64,000 nt of DNA from a virus, in IMG/VR virus record IMGVR_UViG_3300029448_007456, positions 1 through 64,000 of that record. One strand, written 5' to 3'. Below the pieces are notes generated by a model, which saw nothing but the letters and a program-made list of their open reading frames with translations, had not been told where the DNA came from and made no database searches. Below are positions 18,394 to 28,420 of the stretch, in pieces; the stretch's first letter is position 1; each line of letters starts with the position of its first letter. A program made the translations under genes and the position numbers.

Positions 18394-18918
18394 CTATCTC
18401 AAAAATTCCTTGTAGTTCAAATTGTATTTAATTGGGTCAATGTGGTGAACATCTAACAAATGAAGCACCAAACTGCTCACAGAAGATCCTCTTCCTATGC
18501 CAGTAACAATATTATGTTCTGTGCAGGTATTAATCAAATAGTGTAAAAAACGCAGTGCATTGGTCATGTTTCTATTACTATATTCTTCTAGTTCTTCTGA
18601 CACTCTTTGTTTGTATTGTGGTGTATCAAGTCCTTTGGTAACAAGTTTCTGCATCAACAATTTTTCTATATCAAGTGTTTTGTATTCATCGGGCATTTTC
18701 CAATTGCTGGATTGTGCTCCATGATAATCAACAGCAGACACACTTGGCATAGGTGCTAAGTTTAACTGTGCAATTTCAAACAAGTTAGCATGTTGTTGGT
18801 GCAATGATTGTTCGTGTTCATCAATTGGCCTACAATTATCAATATTTTGACCAACATACAACATTGACAGTAATTCTTGATTATCAAAACTTACTTGACC
18901 ATATTCGTTAGTGATCAT
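18394..18918 (-). CDS. DNA polymerase III alpha (DnaE) fragment, stand-alone
   Basis: GIGRGSSVSSLVLHLLDVHHIDPIKYNL..EFL matches DnaE GxGRGS motif; only 174 aa. Confidence 0.8.
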   Translation of the reverse strand: MITNEYGQVSFDNQELLSMLYVGQNIDNCRPIDEHEQSLHQQHANLFEIAQLNLAPMPSVSAVDYHGAQSSNWKMPDEYKTLDIEKLLMQKLVTKGLDTPQYKQRVSEELEEYSNRNMTNALRFLHYLINTCTEHNIVTGIGRGSSVSSLVLHLLDVHHIDPIKYNLNYKEFLR

Positions 18919-19478
18919 ATGCCACCTTTAATAATTTTAAACTTGTCATGTGTGTTGTCTATTTTAAAGCCAAGATCGTCCCATGTCAAGTTTTTAGTGG
19001 TAAAGTTAGAAAAACGTGGTGATTTTTCTAACCACCATGCATTTTTAATACCACTTTCGTTCATCAAAGAATATTCTGGAGAGTCAGTTGTGATAATAAA
19101 CTTTAAATTTTCTCCTTGATATGATTCAATTTCAACTGCTGTTACTTGTAGATAGTCTCCTGCTATTGCATTGAGTTTAGTAAGAAGGCAGACACCCACA
19201 ACTTGATCAATAGGGCGCGAAAAGAAATCAACCACTGTGTTTTTTAGATTACTAAAAGCGGTATGTTCAGTTTCGTTGTGTGTAATAAAAATAGAATCTT
19301 GCATGAACCTACTCATTACGTATTTGTATTTTTCAAATGCAATGTGTTGCTGTTGTGGTTCATCAGTCATAGGAGTCATGTGTAGACTGACTTCAGTGTC
19401 GTTGGGCCATAGTTTTAAGTTTAGAAATAAAGAGTTGGTAAACCTACTCTTCCATACTAAGCCATCATCATTTAACAT
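18915..19478 (-). CDS. Hypothetical phage protein
   Basis: 187 aa ORF, coupled to neighbours. Confidence 0.6.
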   Translation of the reverse strand: MLNDDGLVWKSRFTNSLFLNLKLWPNDTEVSLHMTPMTDEPQQQHIAFEKYKYVMSRFMQDSIFITHNETEHTAFSNLKNTVVDFFSRPIDQVVGVCLLTKLNAIAGDYLQVTAVEIESYQGENLKFIITTDSPEYSLMNESGIKNAWWLEKSPRFSNFTTKNLTWDDLGFKIDNTHDKFKIIKGGI

Positions 19479-19704
19479 TGATTAAATTATCAAATTGATC
19501 ATCGTCGTCAGCAGATTTTTTTTGTGTTTTTAATTTGCGTTGCTCGTTTTCCAATTGGAGAGTGTTGTTAATTGCTAACAGTTGTTCATAAAAATTTCTA
19601 TTGTTCATTCTTGATGCTTGATTTATTTTAAGTGTAACATCTTTTATTTTAGATTCCAACTCTGAATCAGACAGCCCTTTAGGGTCTAAAGTAGGGTGAA
19701 ACAT
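19468..19704 (-). CDS. Small coiled-coil protein
   Basis: MFHP..LSDSELESKI. Confidence 0.6.
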   Translation of the reverse strand: MFHPTLDPKGLSDSELESKIKDVTLKINQASRMNNRNFYEQLLAINNTLQLENEQRKLKTQKKSADDDDQFDNLINVK

Positions 19705-19707
19705 TTA

Positions 19708-20304
19708 TTAGGTGCTTGCAGGATATTCGAGTATTGTGCTTATGAACTTTGTAGTTCCGCCATCAACTGAATACACATCAAATACAAATGTGCCTTTTCT
19801 TTCAGGAAAAGTAGTGCTCATTGTTGATGAATCTAAGTTGGACTCATTGAAACTTGCAACAGTTGGAAAACTTACACCTGTTAGTGTGACCGAATTAGTA
19901 GAAGTTCCTTTGGTTAACAATACTTTCATTGATGCAAAAGTGTTTGTGCTGGCATCATCTTCTAGAGGGAAGTTTGTAAATGTAAGAGTTACATCGCCAC
20001 CGGTTGTCAAAGTAGTAACATTGCCATCTTCGAAACTGCATGCAACTGATCCTGAAACAGAACCTTTTGCAACAATTTTTTGTCCCCAATCTTGTAGATT
20101 TGCTCTTTTGACATCATGACCATTAAAGTCAGTTGTTGCGTCAGTTGTTGCTCTGTTAGCTTGTATTGCTGTGATTTCAGTGCTTGCGGTACTTAATTGT
20201 GTTTTGATTTGAGAGAAATTATCTCTAAAACCTTGTGAATCATTGTCTTGACCTGCTACAGGATATGTAGCATCAATGTTTGTTACTGATATTGAACTTG
20301 CCAT
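19708..20304 (-). CDS. Baseplate/tail structural protein
   Basis: IDATYPVAGQDNDSQGFRDNF N-terminus; late motif upstream. Confidence 0.65.
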   Translation of the reverse strand: MASSISVTNIDATYPVAGQDNDSQGFRDNFSQIKTQLSTASTEITAIQANRATTDATTDFNGHDVKRANLQDWGQKIVAKGSVSGSVACSFEDGNVTTLTTGGDVTLTFTNFPLEDDASTNTFASMKVLLTKGTSTNSVTLTGVSFPTVASFNESNLDSSTMSTTFPERKGTFVFDVYSVDGGTTKFISTILEYPAST

Positions 20305-20317
20305 GTTGTATTATTTA

Positions 20318-21760
20318 TTACACAGTTCTCACTAATTCCCTATGTTTTGAAATATGAGTGATATTGTCAGTTACTGAAGATTTTGTGAAGTATAATTGCT
20401 GTTGATTATTGTCTTTTGTGTCAAAAAATACTGCTTCGCCTATGAACCTTGTGCCATCGCTGTCAAATGTGGTTGAGGTAAATGTTGTATCAACTAGATT
20501 TCCAAAAGTCGTATTTTGCATTTTGATCACCACAGAAGTACCATCAGCAGGAGCACTATCAAACGTGATTTGTGGAGTAGTGGCACTTGCATTTAATGTG
20601 TATGCAGTTGTTCCTAGGCCATCAATAGTTACAATGAGATGATTTTTGGCAGTTACATTGTATACGTTGGTAAACACTGTGGAGGATCCATCACCAGTAT
20701 AGGTTACATCAGACACAGTGTCAAATGTTGTGCCAAGATTATTGTCCATTACCCATCGATCAATAGTCACGTTAAGTTGTTTTGGATCATATGTAATTTC
20801 ATTTTTTAATCTATACAGTGCTTGTTCGCCTTCGCCAGGTTTCAAATATCTAATAGGTAGGGCAAGTCGCCATCCTCTCACAGGACTTGCTGGTGTTTTC
20901 ATCCATGATGGAAGATAATCAAAGTTATTAATGGTCAACCCATCTTTGAGTTCATTTTGCATGTTAATAATATCATTGGAAAACAATTTATCTTGTGTTT
21001 TGTTTGGCAATGGAAAAGATTCGTCAGCAATAATTTCAAGAGAGTCAGATTTAATTTGCACAGTGAGTGCTGGCAAATCGACAAGAGATAAAATCTTACT
21101 GTCGTTGGCTCCTTGATTAGGATCAGTCAACACACAATAAACTATTTCATAAATTACATTGCCTGCTGTGTCTTTGGCATAGGCTAGTTCAAAATCTCCT
21201 ACACTAAGTTTAAAATTGTAGTTGTTGTATTTCATTAACGATAATATGGTGCTAGTGAGTTTGAGTTCGACTCCTGACAGAAACAAAAATTTCGGAATGG
21301 TGGTGTTAAAATTTTCATCATTGGCTCTATAAATTGTATCGTTCACAAAAACTTTAGTGTTTAAAACCAGTGCTTGCCAGTCATCTAGTGATTGGTTGTC
21401 AGGACGTAATGTGCCATAAATGTTTGTGGCATTTTTTATAGGGCCTTTGACAACATCAATCGAATACTGTTGTGTGCCGGATACATTGCCAAATTGTCCG
21501 TTGGCCTCTACAGTAAAAGTATATTTTTTATCAATAGTGAAAGTGGTTTGATCAAAAGTGGTTTCGCCATTGTCCATTTCAAAAGTGGCATCACCGCAAG
21601 TTCCTATTATTTCTCCATCTGGATTGACTGATAAGCCTGGAGGTAATTTTCCATTTTTGTATGCATAGCTTAAAACTACATTGTCCACAGAAGAAGTTGC
21701 TGAAACTTTAAATAGACTGACTTTGCCAGTGGTAATTGTGCCTAAGTCGTAAACAGCCAT
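20318..21760 (-). CDS. Baseplate wedge-like structural protein with Ig-like domain
   Basis: GKLPPGLSV Ig repeat; YLPSWMKT; TFD repeats. Confidence 0.6.
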   Translation of the reverse strand: MAVYDLGTITTGKVSLFKVSATSSVDNVVLSYAYKNGKLPPGLSVNPDGEIIGTCGDATFEMDNGETTFDQTTFTIDKKYTFTVEANGQFGNVSGTQQYSIDVVKGPIKNATNIYGTLRPDNQSLDDWQALVLNTKVFVNDTIYRANDENFNTTIPKFLFLSGVELKLTSTILSLMKYNNYNFKLSVGDFELAYAKDTAGNVIYEIVYCVLTDPNQGANDSKILSLVDLPALTVQIKSDSLEIIADESFPLPNKTQDKLFSNDIINMQNELKDGLTINNFDYLPSWMKTPASPVRGWRLALPIRYLKPGEGEQALYRLKNEITYDPKQLNVTIDRWVMDNNLGTTFDTVSDVTYTGDGSSTVFTNVYNVTAKNHLIVTIDGLGTTAYTLNASATTPQITFDSAPADGTSVVIKMQNTTFGNLVDTTFTSTTFDSDGTRFIGEAVFFDTKDNNQQQLYFTKSSVTDNITHISKHRELVRTV

Positions 21761-22851
21761 TAAATTACAAATTCCTTTTCTGGTTTAGTAAAAGTCAATG
21801 CTTCAAAGGCTTTGCCTGTGATTCTTAGTGTAAGTGATTGATCCGTAAACACTTCAGGAAATATGGTGCTGGTTTTGGTTGCCCTCACTGTGAATGTGTA
21901 ATCTGTGAAACTTACTAAACTGTTACTAACAATTCCTGATATGGTTCCTGTTTCAGTATCAATACTCAATCCTGGTGGCAAAGAACCTGATACAATTGCA
22001 AAACTTATTGTGGTGTTGCCGTCTAGTCCAAGAGTTTTATCAGGATCAACCACAGTTAATTTTACAATGTGATAGTTGTTGGCAACCAGGCTTGCAATAA
22101 TCCCCGACTGTGTAAAATAAAGTCCTCTAATATCTGATAGATCAGCTAGGAAATTTTCAGCATCAGCAGTAATTTGATCAGTGTCTGTGCTGAATCTTGA
22201 AGTGCCTCTAACATCTAAGGCAAATTCTCTGTCAGTGAATGTGATGCCATCAGAGGCTCGCACAGTGAACTCCCATAGTCTGTCAATGGATCCAATTGTT
22301 AATGTAAGATCAAATGGTTGCGATTGGTCGAAAGCGTCTACATCAAATCCAAATTGGGAAGAATCAAATGAATTTATTAATATTGCAGATACTATTCCTG
22401 TAAGTCTTCCAGTTGATGATAAAGACAAACTGTCAGGTAAACTGCCATCAACAATATCATAACTTATCGCAGTTGAATCTGGAGTGTCTACATCAGTTAC
22501 TGCCAATTGAATATCAACATATTGTCCATCATACACTGTGTCCAGAGTGCCGGCTGTGGTTACCCACGTTGGGGCATCTGATCCTTCTACAAATAGTGTG
22601 AATGTTCTATCAGCAATGTCTGTGCCATTAGTAACTCTTATAACAAATGTTTTTTCTGTCCTAAATGAAACTTCATTAGCAAAGCCTGTAATATTTCCTG
22701 TGCTGGTCAAGTTTAAGCCACTGGGCAAAGATCCTGCGTGTATGCTGTATCTTAAAGTGCCACTGCCTGTAGCGACAAGTTGTTGTTCATACAGCACTCG
22801 TTCTTCGATTGTGGCTAATGTGCCAGAATTTGTTTGCCATTTAATTGCCAT
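21760..22851 (-). CDS. Structural protein with putative Ig (He_PIG-like) repeats
   Basis: Three GSLPxGLxL-type repeats; late motif 6 nt upstream. Confidence 0.65.
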   Translation of the reverse strand: MAIKWQTNSGTLATIEERVLYEQQLVATGSGTLRYSIHAGSLPSGLNLTSTGNITGFANEVSFRTEKTFVIRVTNGTDIADRTFTLFVEGSDAPTWVTTAGTLDTVYDGQYVDIQLAVTDVDTPDSTAISYDIVDGSLPDSLSLSSTGRLTGIVSAILINSFDSSQFGFDVDAFDQSQPFDLTLTIGSIDRLWEFTVRASDGITFTDREFALDVRGTSRFSTDTDQITADAENFLADLSDIRGLYFTQSGIIASLVANNYHIVKLTVVDPDKTLGLDGNTTISFAIVSGSLPPGLSIDTETGTISGIVSNSLVSFTDYTFTVRATKTSTIFPEVFTDQSLTLRITGKAFEALTFTKPEKEFVI

Positions 22852-22873
22852 TTTGTATATTTATTGTAGGGGT

Positions 22874-23164
22874 TTATTCGGCTATGATTGGTTTTTTGTC
22901 ACCATCAACTGTGAAAGCTCTATTAGTGATTTTGGACACATTGCCACCATCGACTGCAATCCTGAATTCATTCTCTGACAGTGTTCCGGCTGGTTTGGCA
23001 ACCAAAGTGCATACAGATGATACTTCACCTATTTGTAATTTAAACTTTTTGGTAGACCTTTGGGAAATAATTCTAGCATCAGTGCCATCTTGTTCTTGGC
23101 CTTCATGTAGTCTATATGAAGCCACAGTAATACTATCAAAATATTTTTTGTTTAGTCTACCCAT
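22874..23164 (-). CDS. Hypothetical phage protein
   Basis: MGRLNKKYF N-terminus; 96 aa. Confidence 0.55.
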   Translation of the reverse strand: MGRLNKKYFDSITVASYRLHEGQEQDGTDARIISQRSTKKFKLQIGEVSSVCTLVAKPAGTLSENEFRIAVDGGNVSKITNRAFTVDGDKKPIIAE

Positions 23165-23180
23165 GATAAACTAGTATACA

Positions 23181-23489
23181 CTACTTGAATATTTTTAAAA
23201 AGCTGAAAAATCCTTTTGGTTTTTGAAAAGCTGCCATTCTATCTTTTCTAATGTTGGCTTCGTTGACCTGTGACTGCACACCCACACTGTCCATGCGTTC
23301 TTTGTTGCCGTACATTGTATTACACTTTGGACATACCAATACCACATCATTTATTCCCATGATCATGTGCATTGGTGCATGTTTGGCGGCGCCTTTTATT
23401 CCTCCAGAACAGGTCACCTCGGTATCATCAATGTAAACAATGTCGTTCCAGTTCCAATGTGGTGCTGATGGTTTGTTATTACTATGCAT
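23181..23489 (-). CDS. zf-CHCC-like zinc-binding protein
   Basis: VTCSGG...HAP...CPKC. Confidence 0.5.
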   Translation of the reverse strand: MHSNNKPSAPHWNWNDIVYIDDTEVTCSGGIKGAAKHAPMHMIMGINDVVLVCPKCNTMYGNKERMDSVGVQSQVNEANIRKDRMAAFQKPKGFFSFLKIFK

Positions 23490-23553
23490 AAAAAATATTT
23501 AATTGAAGATGAAATGGTGCCCATGTAAAATGAGCACCATGATGTTAGTCGAT

Positions 23554-24147
23554 TTAGGTAAACGCTGTTGCGAGTGTGCCATCACTGAAGTTGACACCGG
23601 TCACATACCAAAGAGCGTCTGTGATACATACATAGTTGAGCATGCTACCAAGGAAACGTCCTTTTGTGTCAGCACCAGCAACAAACTGGTGATCAGCCGC
23701 TGCCGGGATGTCTAGTCCAAGTGTTGCACCTGCGTTAGTAGCCACTACACTACCCACGTTGTCCTTATCAATCATAATAAGGGCGCCTTGTAGCACATCA
23801 GATGATGAAGCTGCGTTGACTGTGAATGTGTTTGATGTCACAGTGGTTCCTAAGTGGAAACTGTAACATAAACCAGCTGTTGCCGCTGGAAGTGTTACCA
23901 CACAACCTGCCGCCGCATTGATAGTAAAAATACTACCTGACTGTGCGATTGTTGGAGCTAGTGTTGCGGCAGTGCTTGCCACAATGTTTTGCTTTAAGTT
24001 AAGTGATAAAGGCACACCACCTGCTGTTGAGCCATCTGAGATAAAGAACTGATTGGAAGAATCATCGAAGAATAAATCTCCGTCTTGACCTGTGTGACTT
24101 GCACGAGCCTGTGTTATAACCTTGGCGTGAAATTTACGTGTTGCCAT
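23554..24147 (-). CDS. Virion structural protein (putative decoration/fibre)
   Basis: Ala/Thr-rich; VTLPAATAG; strong SD; late promoter and structured leader. Confidence 0.55.
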   Translation of the reverse strand: MATRKFHAKVITQARASHTGQDGDLFFDDSSNQFFISDGSTAGGVPLSLNLKQNIVASTAATLAPTIAQSGSIFTINAAAGCVVTLPAATAGLCYSFHLGTTVTSNTFTVNAASSSDVLQGALIMIDKDNVGSVVATNAGATLGLDIPAAADHQFVAGADTKGRFLGSMLNYVCITDALWYVTGVNFSDGTLATAFT

Positions 24148-24168
24148 TTTGTTTTCTCCTTATAAGAA

Positions 24169-24237
24169 GTCCAATGTACGTTTTAGGTACTACGCGGAGG
24201 TCCGCATAAGTCTTACATCCTGTAAGCTCTATTAGAC
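24169..24237 (-). ncRNA. Putative structured 5' leader (four-way junction)
   Basis: P1 GUCUAAU/AUUGGAC enclosing CUUAC/GUAAG, UAUGCGG/CCGCGUA and GUAC/GUAC hairpins, between TAAATA (24242-24247) and SD. Confidence 0.55.
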
Positions 24238-24277
24238 ACAGTATTTAACACTGTGCCTAATGAAAAATAAGTAGGTA

Positions 24278-25573
24278 TTATGATACAGTTGCGCCTTGAA
24301 CGCTAACAATGTTCCATTTGCCAGTGGTGCCATCAAACAGTAAAGTAGCTGCTTCGCCCACTGCATTGAACAATATTTGTGTTGCCCAGTTGCCGTTGGT
24401 GTTGTCTAGGATAGCATTGTTGCCTGCCACAACCATCACAATATGTATAACTTGTCCATTAACACCATCTGCAATGGACAAAGTTGCTGTGTCACTGCCT
24501 GTGTTCAATAAGCACACACCAACAGTGATTTCGATGGCATTTGATCCACCAGCACCTGTGATTGTGTCTGTTTCTAATATTTGGAATGCATGATTGACTG
24601 AGCCGTTTACTCTTGTAGGGCCTTCAACATGTAAAGCATCGTCGATTGTTACTTCAGTTGAGTCTGTTGATTGAATTGATCCACCAATACTGATGCCATC
24701 ATTGATTGTTACTCTTGAAGAGTCATTGGATGATATTGTGTTGGTATCAATGGTGTCTGCTGAAAGTGTGCCTGACACATTCACAGCTTCAGTGATTTGT
24801 ATTCCTGCTGATGCTGTGGATGATATGATGTCTGTGTCCAAAGATTGGATTTGCACACTGACAGAATCTTCTCCAACTATTTCTTGCACCCTTAAAGTTC
24901 CACCAATTGTTACAGCGCCAGAAACATTTAATCCATCGTCGATTTGAATTGCTGTTGAATCTGTTGATGAAATTGTGTTTGTATCAATGGTATCAACACT
25001 CAGTGTGCCTGACACATTTAATCCATCATTTAATTGTATTGCTGTTGAATCTCCAGATGATATTTCGTTGATTTGTAACGTGTCGCCTTCAAAGTTTGCC
25101 ACAATAGTTGCTGTGGCGTTTAATGACACTGCTGAAGAATCTGATGTGCCTGCTGTGCCAGCTCTAAATTTGTCTGTGCCTTCATCCCAGAAGAAATATG
25201 CCGCATCAGATGAGCCTCTGTTGACATAAAATCCAGCATCAATGTCTGCACCAGAGGAGTTGTTGCTGTTAAGTTCTAGAAAGTTGTCTTCTACTGTGAG
25301 TTGGCTTGTTTCTATTTGTGTGTTTGTTCCGTTTACTACTAGGTCGCCTTCGATCACAACTTTGCCTGTTCCGTTTGCGTCAATTGTTAAGTCCCCGTTT
25401 GTGATCGTGTTGGTTATTGTTGATCCTGTGAGTGTAATATTTGATAGACTGCTTCCGCCTAATTTGTCATATACTTCATTGAAGTTGTCGTTGATTTTAT
25501 CAAATGCTGTTCTTAGCGGATCACCGGTGCCATCATTGGCTGCTGATCCTATGTTAATCGTTTGTTGGCTCAT
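24278..25573 (-). CDS. Tail fibre/baseplate protein, T4 gp9/gp10-like N-terminus with internal repeats
   Basis: INIGSAANDGTGDPLRTAFDKINDNFNEVY; repeats of ISSxDSTAIQIxDGLNVSGTLSxDTIDTNT. Confidence 0.75.
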   Translation of the reverse strand: MSQQTINIGSAANDGTGDPLRTAFDKINDNFNEVYDKLGGSSLSNITLTGSTITNTITNGDLTIDANGTGKVVIEGDLVVNGTNTQIETSQLTVEDNFLELNSNNSSGADIDAGFYVNRGSSDAAYFFWDEGTDKFRAGTAGTSDSSAVSLNATATIVANFEGDTLQINEISSGDSTAIQLNDGLNVSGTLSVDTIDTNTISSTDSTAIQIDDGLNVSGAVTIGGTLRVQEIVGEDSVSVQIQSLDTDIISSTASAGIQITEAVNVSGTLSADTIDTNTISSNDSSRVTINDGISIGGSIQSTDSTEVTIDDALHVEGPTRVNGSVNHAFQILETDTITGAGGSNAIEITVGVCLLNTGSDTATLSIADGVNGQVIHIVMVVAGNNAILDNTNGNWATQILFNAVGEAATLLFDGTTGKWNIVSVQGATVS

Positions 25574-25627
25574 AATTAGTCTCCTCTGGTATGTTTATTT
25601 ACTAAATATTCTATAAACCTAAAGTAA

Positions 25628-25909
25628 ATGTTCATCAAAGAAACCACAGAAATACACCTACATCAACGCGAATCTAAGTTGGGCAACGTTCATAATTTCA
25701 AACGCAGACGTAGTGTGTATCACTTCAAATGTGACTGCTGTGATAAGGAGTTCATGCGTGACAAATCCAAAGTAACACCCAGCAGAGCATCTAATAATTT
25801 TCATCATGTGTGTGCCAAATGTGATGTCCATAAATATGCTCAGCAAGTAGGCGTCAACATGCGTAAGATTTACAAATTAGATGCCAGTTCAATAGAGGTC
25901 AAAATATAG
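25628..25909 (+). CDS. Cys-rich hypothetical protein
   Basis: CDCC...HVCAKC; TAAATA at 25603-25608. Confidence 0.6.
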   Translation: MFIKETTEIHLHQRESKLGNVHNFKRRRSVYHFKCDCCDKEFMRDKSKVTPSRASNNFHHVCAKCDVHKYAQQVGVNMRKIYKLDASSIEVKI

Positions 25910-27768
25910 TGTCAAAACAAAACATTTATCTGTGCCAGTTTTCATCGTGTTATCCTGGTGCTAGAAAGATATTGTATTATCCTTACAGCGTTGGCATGAT
26001 TTGGAGTTATGCTAAAACGATACCGGAAATCGATCAATCATTCCATTGTAAGTTTTTTCTGGAGAAAAAAGAATTCACAGAGATCATAGACAGACTGGAA
26101 GATCCTGCATTGATCGGATTGTCTTCATATGTGTGGAACCACAACTACAATCTTAAACTTGCTGAAATGATTAAAGAAAAATATCCAGATTGTCTCACTG
26201 TGATTGGTGGCCCTAGTGTGCCTTTCAGAGACAAAAACTTCCTACAAGACCATTCCTACATTGATTTTGCAATATATCACGAAGGTGAACTTGCATTCAC
26301 AGACCTACTACTTCACATCAAAAAAAACAAACCAAAACATGATATTCGAGGCATAGGATTTATAGACAGCAACGGAGAAATTGTAGCCAACAAGGCCGAA
26401 AGGATTCCTGATCTTGATAACATCCCTTCACCTTATTCAACAGGACTTTTTGATGAACTCACAGAAGAATACAAAGACACAGACATAATATTAAATGTGG
26501 TAACAGAAACCAACAGAGGTTGTCCATATTCATGCACATTCTGTGACTGGGGAAATGGTACTCTTGGCAAAGTGCATCAAATGGACATATGTAGAACTTT
26601 ACAGGAACTTGATTGGTTCAGTGAAAACAAGATTGAGTATCTGCACATTGCTGATGCAAACTTTGGACTAAAACGTAAAAAAGACTTAGACATAATCGGA
26701 TATGCGGCAAAATTAAAACGCGAAACAGGATTTCCAAGAACTATCAATTATACCTTGAGTAAAAAATTTTTTCCAGAACATTTGGAAATTGCAAAAGTTT
26801 TATTAGACAATCAAATGATGAGACATTTCACACTAAGTCTTCAAGACAGACACGATGATGTTTTAGATGCTATCAAAAGAAAAAACATAGATCATGACTC
26901 ATACATGAACATCAAAGATATGTGCGATGAAAGAAATATTCCAATGTGCACCGAGTTGATGATTCCATTACCCAGACAAACATTTGACAGTTTTATGGAC
27001 CAAATAGAATTTTTGATAAAACACAACATATATCCACATTTTAGTCCCACCACTATTCTTCCTGGTGCTGAAATGGCCGACCCAGAATATCAAAAAAAGT
27101 ATGGAATGAAAACAGTATTAAGTGCCATGAAACACAGTGAATATGCAGAAGAATATGAAGAAGTTGTGATTGAAACAAATACAATGAAAAAAGAAGATAT
27201 GAACGAAGCACTGATCTTGGTTTGGTTGATTGATGTATTTCAATCATACGGATTTGCTGACATAGTTTGCGACTTTTATTGTAAAACAGAAAACAAAAGA
27301 TTAAGAGATTTTTATCGTTTGCTGTTTCAGTTTTTTGTTGATAAACCAGACAGCATGTTGTTTAAGTATTTTGATCCAGTTAAAGATCATGTCAATACCA
27401 AAGACACCTATAAATTATATCCAGGTAAAGATACAGAAGGAATAATACAAGAAATAGGATATGATTGCAGAGAACAATTTTTCAAAGAATTTGAAACATT
27501 CATGCACACTGTGATTCCAGAACAATACATCAAAGACTTATTGGCCATACAAAAAGTAAGGCAAACACATTCGTATGACAAAACAGAAGAAATAGTACTA
27601 TTAGATCAAGATGTTTATGGATATACCAAACACGAGTCCGAACTAGCGCCAGCCACATACAAAATAAAATACAAACCCATCGAAAAACATTTCGAATACT
27701 ACTGCAATTTTATGGTGCACGGGGTAATGTTCAAAAGATGGAAACCTTTAGAAATAAAGAAAATTTAA
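25909..27768 (+). CDS. B12-binding radical SAM protein (class B-like)
   Basis: IGLSSYVWN, VIGGP, EGE; ETNRGCPYSCTFCDW. Confidence 0.88.
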   Translation: MSKQNIYLCQFSSCYPGARKILYYPYSVGMIWSYAKTIPEIDQSFHCKFFLEKKEFTEIIDRLEDPALIGLSSYVWNHNYNLKLAEMIKEKYPDCLTVIGGPSVPFRDKNFLQDHSYIDFAIYHEGELAFTDLLLHIKKNKPKHDIRGIGFIDSNGEIVANKAERIPDLDNIPSPYSTGLFDELTEEYKDTDIILNVVTETNRGCPYSCTFCDWGNGTLGKVHQMDICRTLQELDWFSENKIEYLHIADANFGLKRKKDLDIIGYAAKLKRETGFPRTINYTLSKKFFPEHLEIAKVLLDNQMMRHFTLSLQDRHDDVLDAIKRKNIDHDSYMNIKDMCDERNIPMCTELMIPLPRQTFDSFMDQIEFLIKHNIYPHFSPTTILPGAEMADPEYQKKYGMKTVLSAMKHSEYAEEYEEVVIETNTMKKEDMNEALILVWLIDVFQSYGFADIVCDFYCKTENKRLRDFYRLLFQFFVDKPDSMLFKYFDPVKDHVNTKDTYKLYPGKDTEGIIQEIGYDCREQFFKEFETFMHTVIPEQYIKDLLAIQKVRQTHSYDKTEEIVLLDQDVYGYTKHESELAPATYKIKYKPIEKHFEYYCNFMVHGVMFKRWKPLEIKKI

Positions 27769-27773
27769 CTATT

Positions 27774-28094
27774 TTATTTTACTGAAAAACTAGTGCCGCA
27801 ACCACACGAAGAATGTGCATTGGGATTGTCATATGTAAAATAAGATCCAAAAATTTCCTGTTTGTAATCAATGCGTGTGCCTAATATAAACATTTCAGAA
27901 CGTTCATCCACCAGCACTTTGACATCGCCAAATGCTAGTTCTTGATCTCTATCCTTTTTTTCATCAGCAACATCAATCTTGTAGTTAAATCCCGCACAGC
28001 CACCACCTTTGACTCCAAATCTAATATAAGGCTTGCTTGCATCTTCACAGACTTCCTTCATTTTTGCAATTGCTGGCACAGTTATTTCTATCAT
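27774..28094 (-). CDS. iscA: A-type Fe-S carrier (IscA/ErpA)
   Basis: GGGCAG and NPNA..SCGCGTSF. Confidence 0.9.
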   Translation of the reverse strand: MIEITVPAIAKMKEVCEDASKPYIRFGVKGGGCAGFNYKIDVADEKKDRDQELAFGDVKVLVDERSEMFILGTRIDYKQEIFGSYFTYDNPNAHSSCGCGTSFSVK

Positions 28095-28102
28095 ACTTGT
28101 AT

Positions 28103-28420
28103 TTACATACCTAAATACAATCTACCATCGTCACTGACCATCTCAGGAGTCCATGGTGGATCAAATGTTAATTCTATTCTAACTTTGTCATGTCCTGCTT
28201 TTTCCACTGCTTCTTGGATCCACTGTGGTAACTCTCCTGCCACTGGACAATTAGGTGCTGTAAGGGTCATTGTGACATCTACTGAGTTGTCTTCCTGTAA
28301 AATAATGTCATATATCAAACCAAGTTCAAACACATCAATGGGAATCTCTGGATCATAAACTGATCTTAATTCATGAACTATGTTTGGAAAAGTGGTTTCA
28401 AAGTGTTTGCGGTCAATCAT
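28103..28420 (-). CDS. sufT: DUF59 Fe-S assembly protein (SufT-like)
   Basis: VYDPEIPIDVFELGLIY, MTLTAPNCP, FDPPW. Confidence 0.88.
   Translation of the reverse strand: MIDRKHFETTFPNIVHELRSVYDPEIPIDVFELGLIYDIILQEDNSVDVTMTLTAPNCPVAGELPQWIQEAVEKAGHDKVRIELTFDPPWTPEMVSDDGRLYLGM

Noticed and set aside
21740-21780. Frameshift splitting one baseplate gene
   Set aside because: The junction is a clean TAATG stop-start overlap with an upstream purine-rich SD-like sequence, typical of translational coupling
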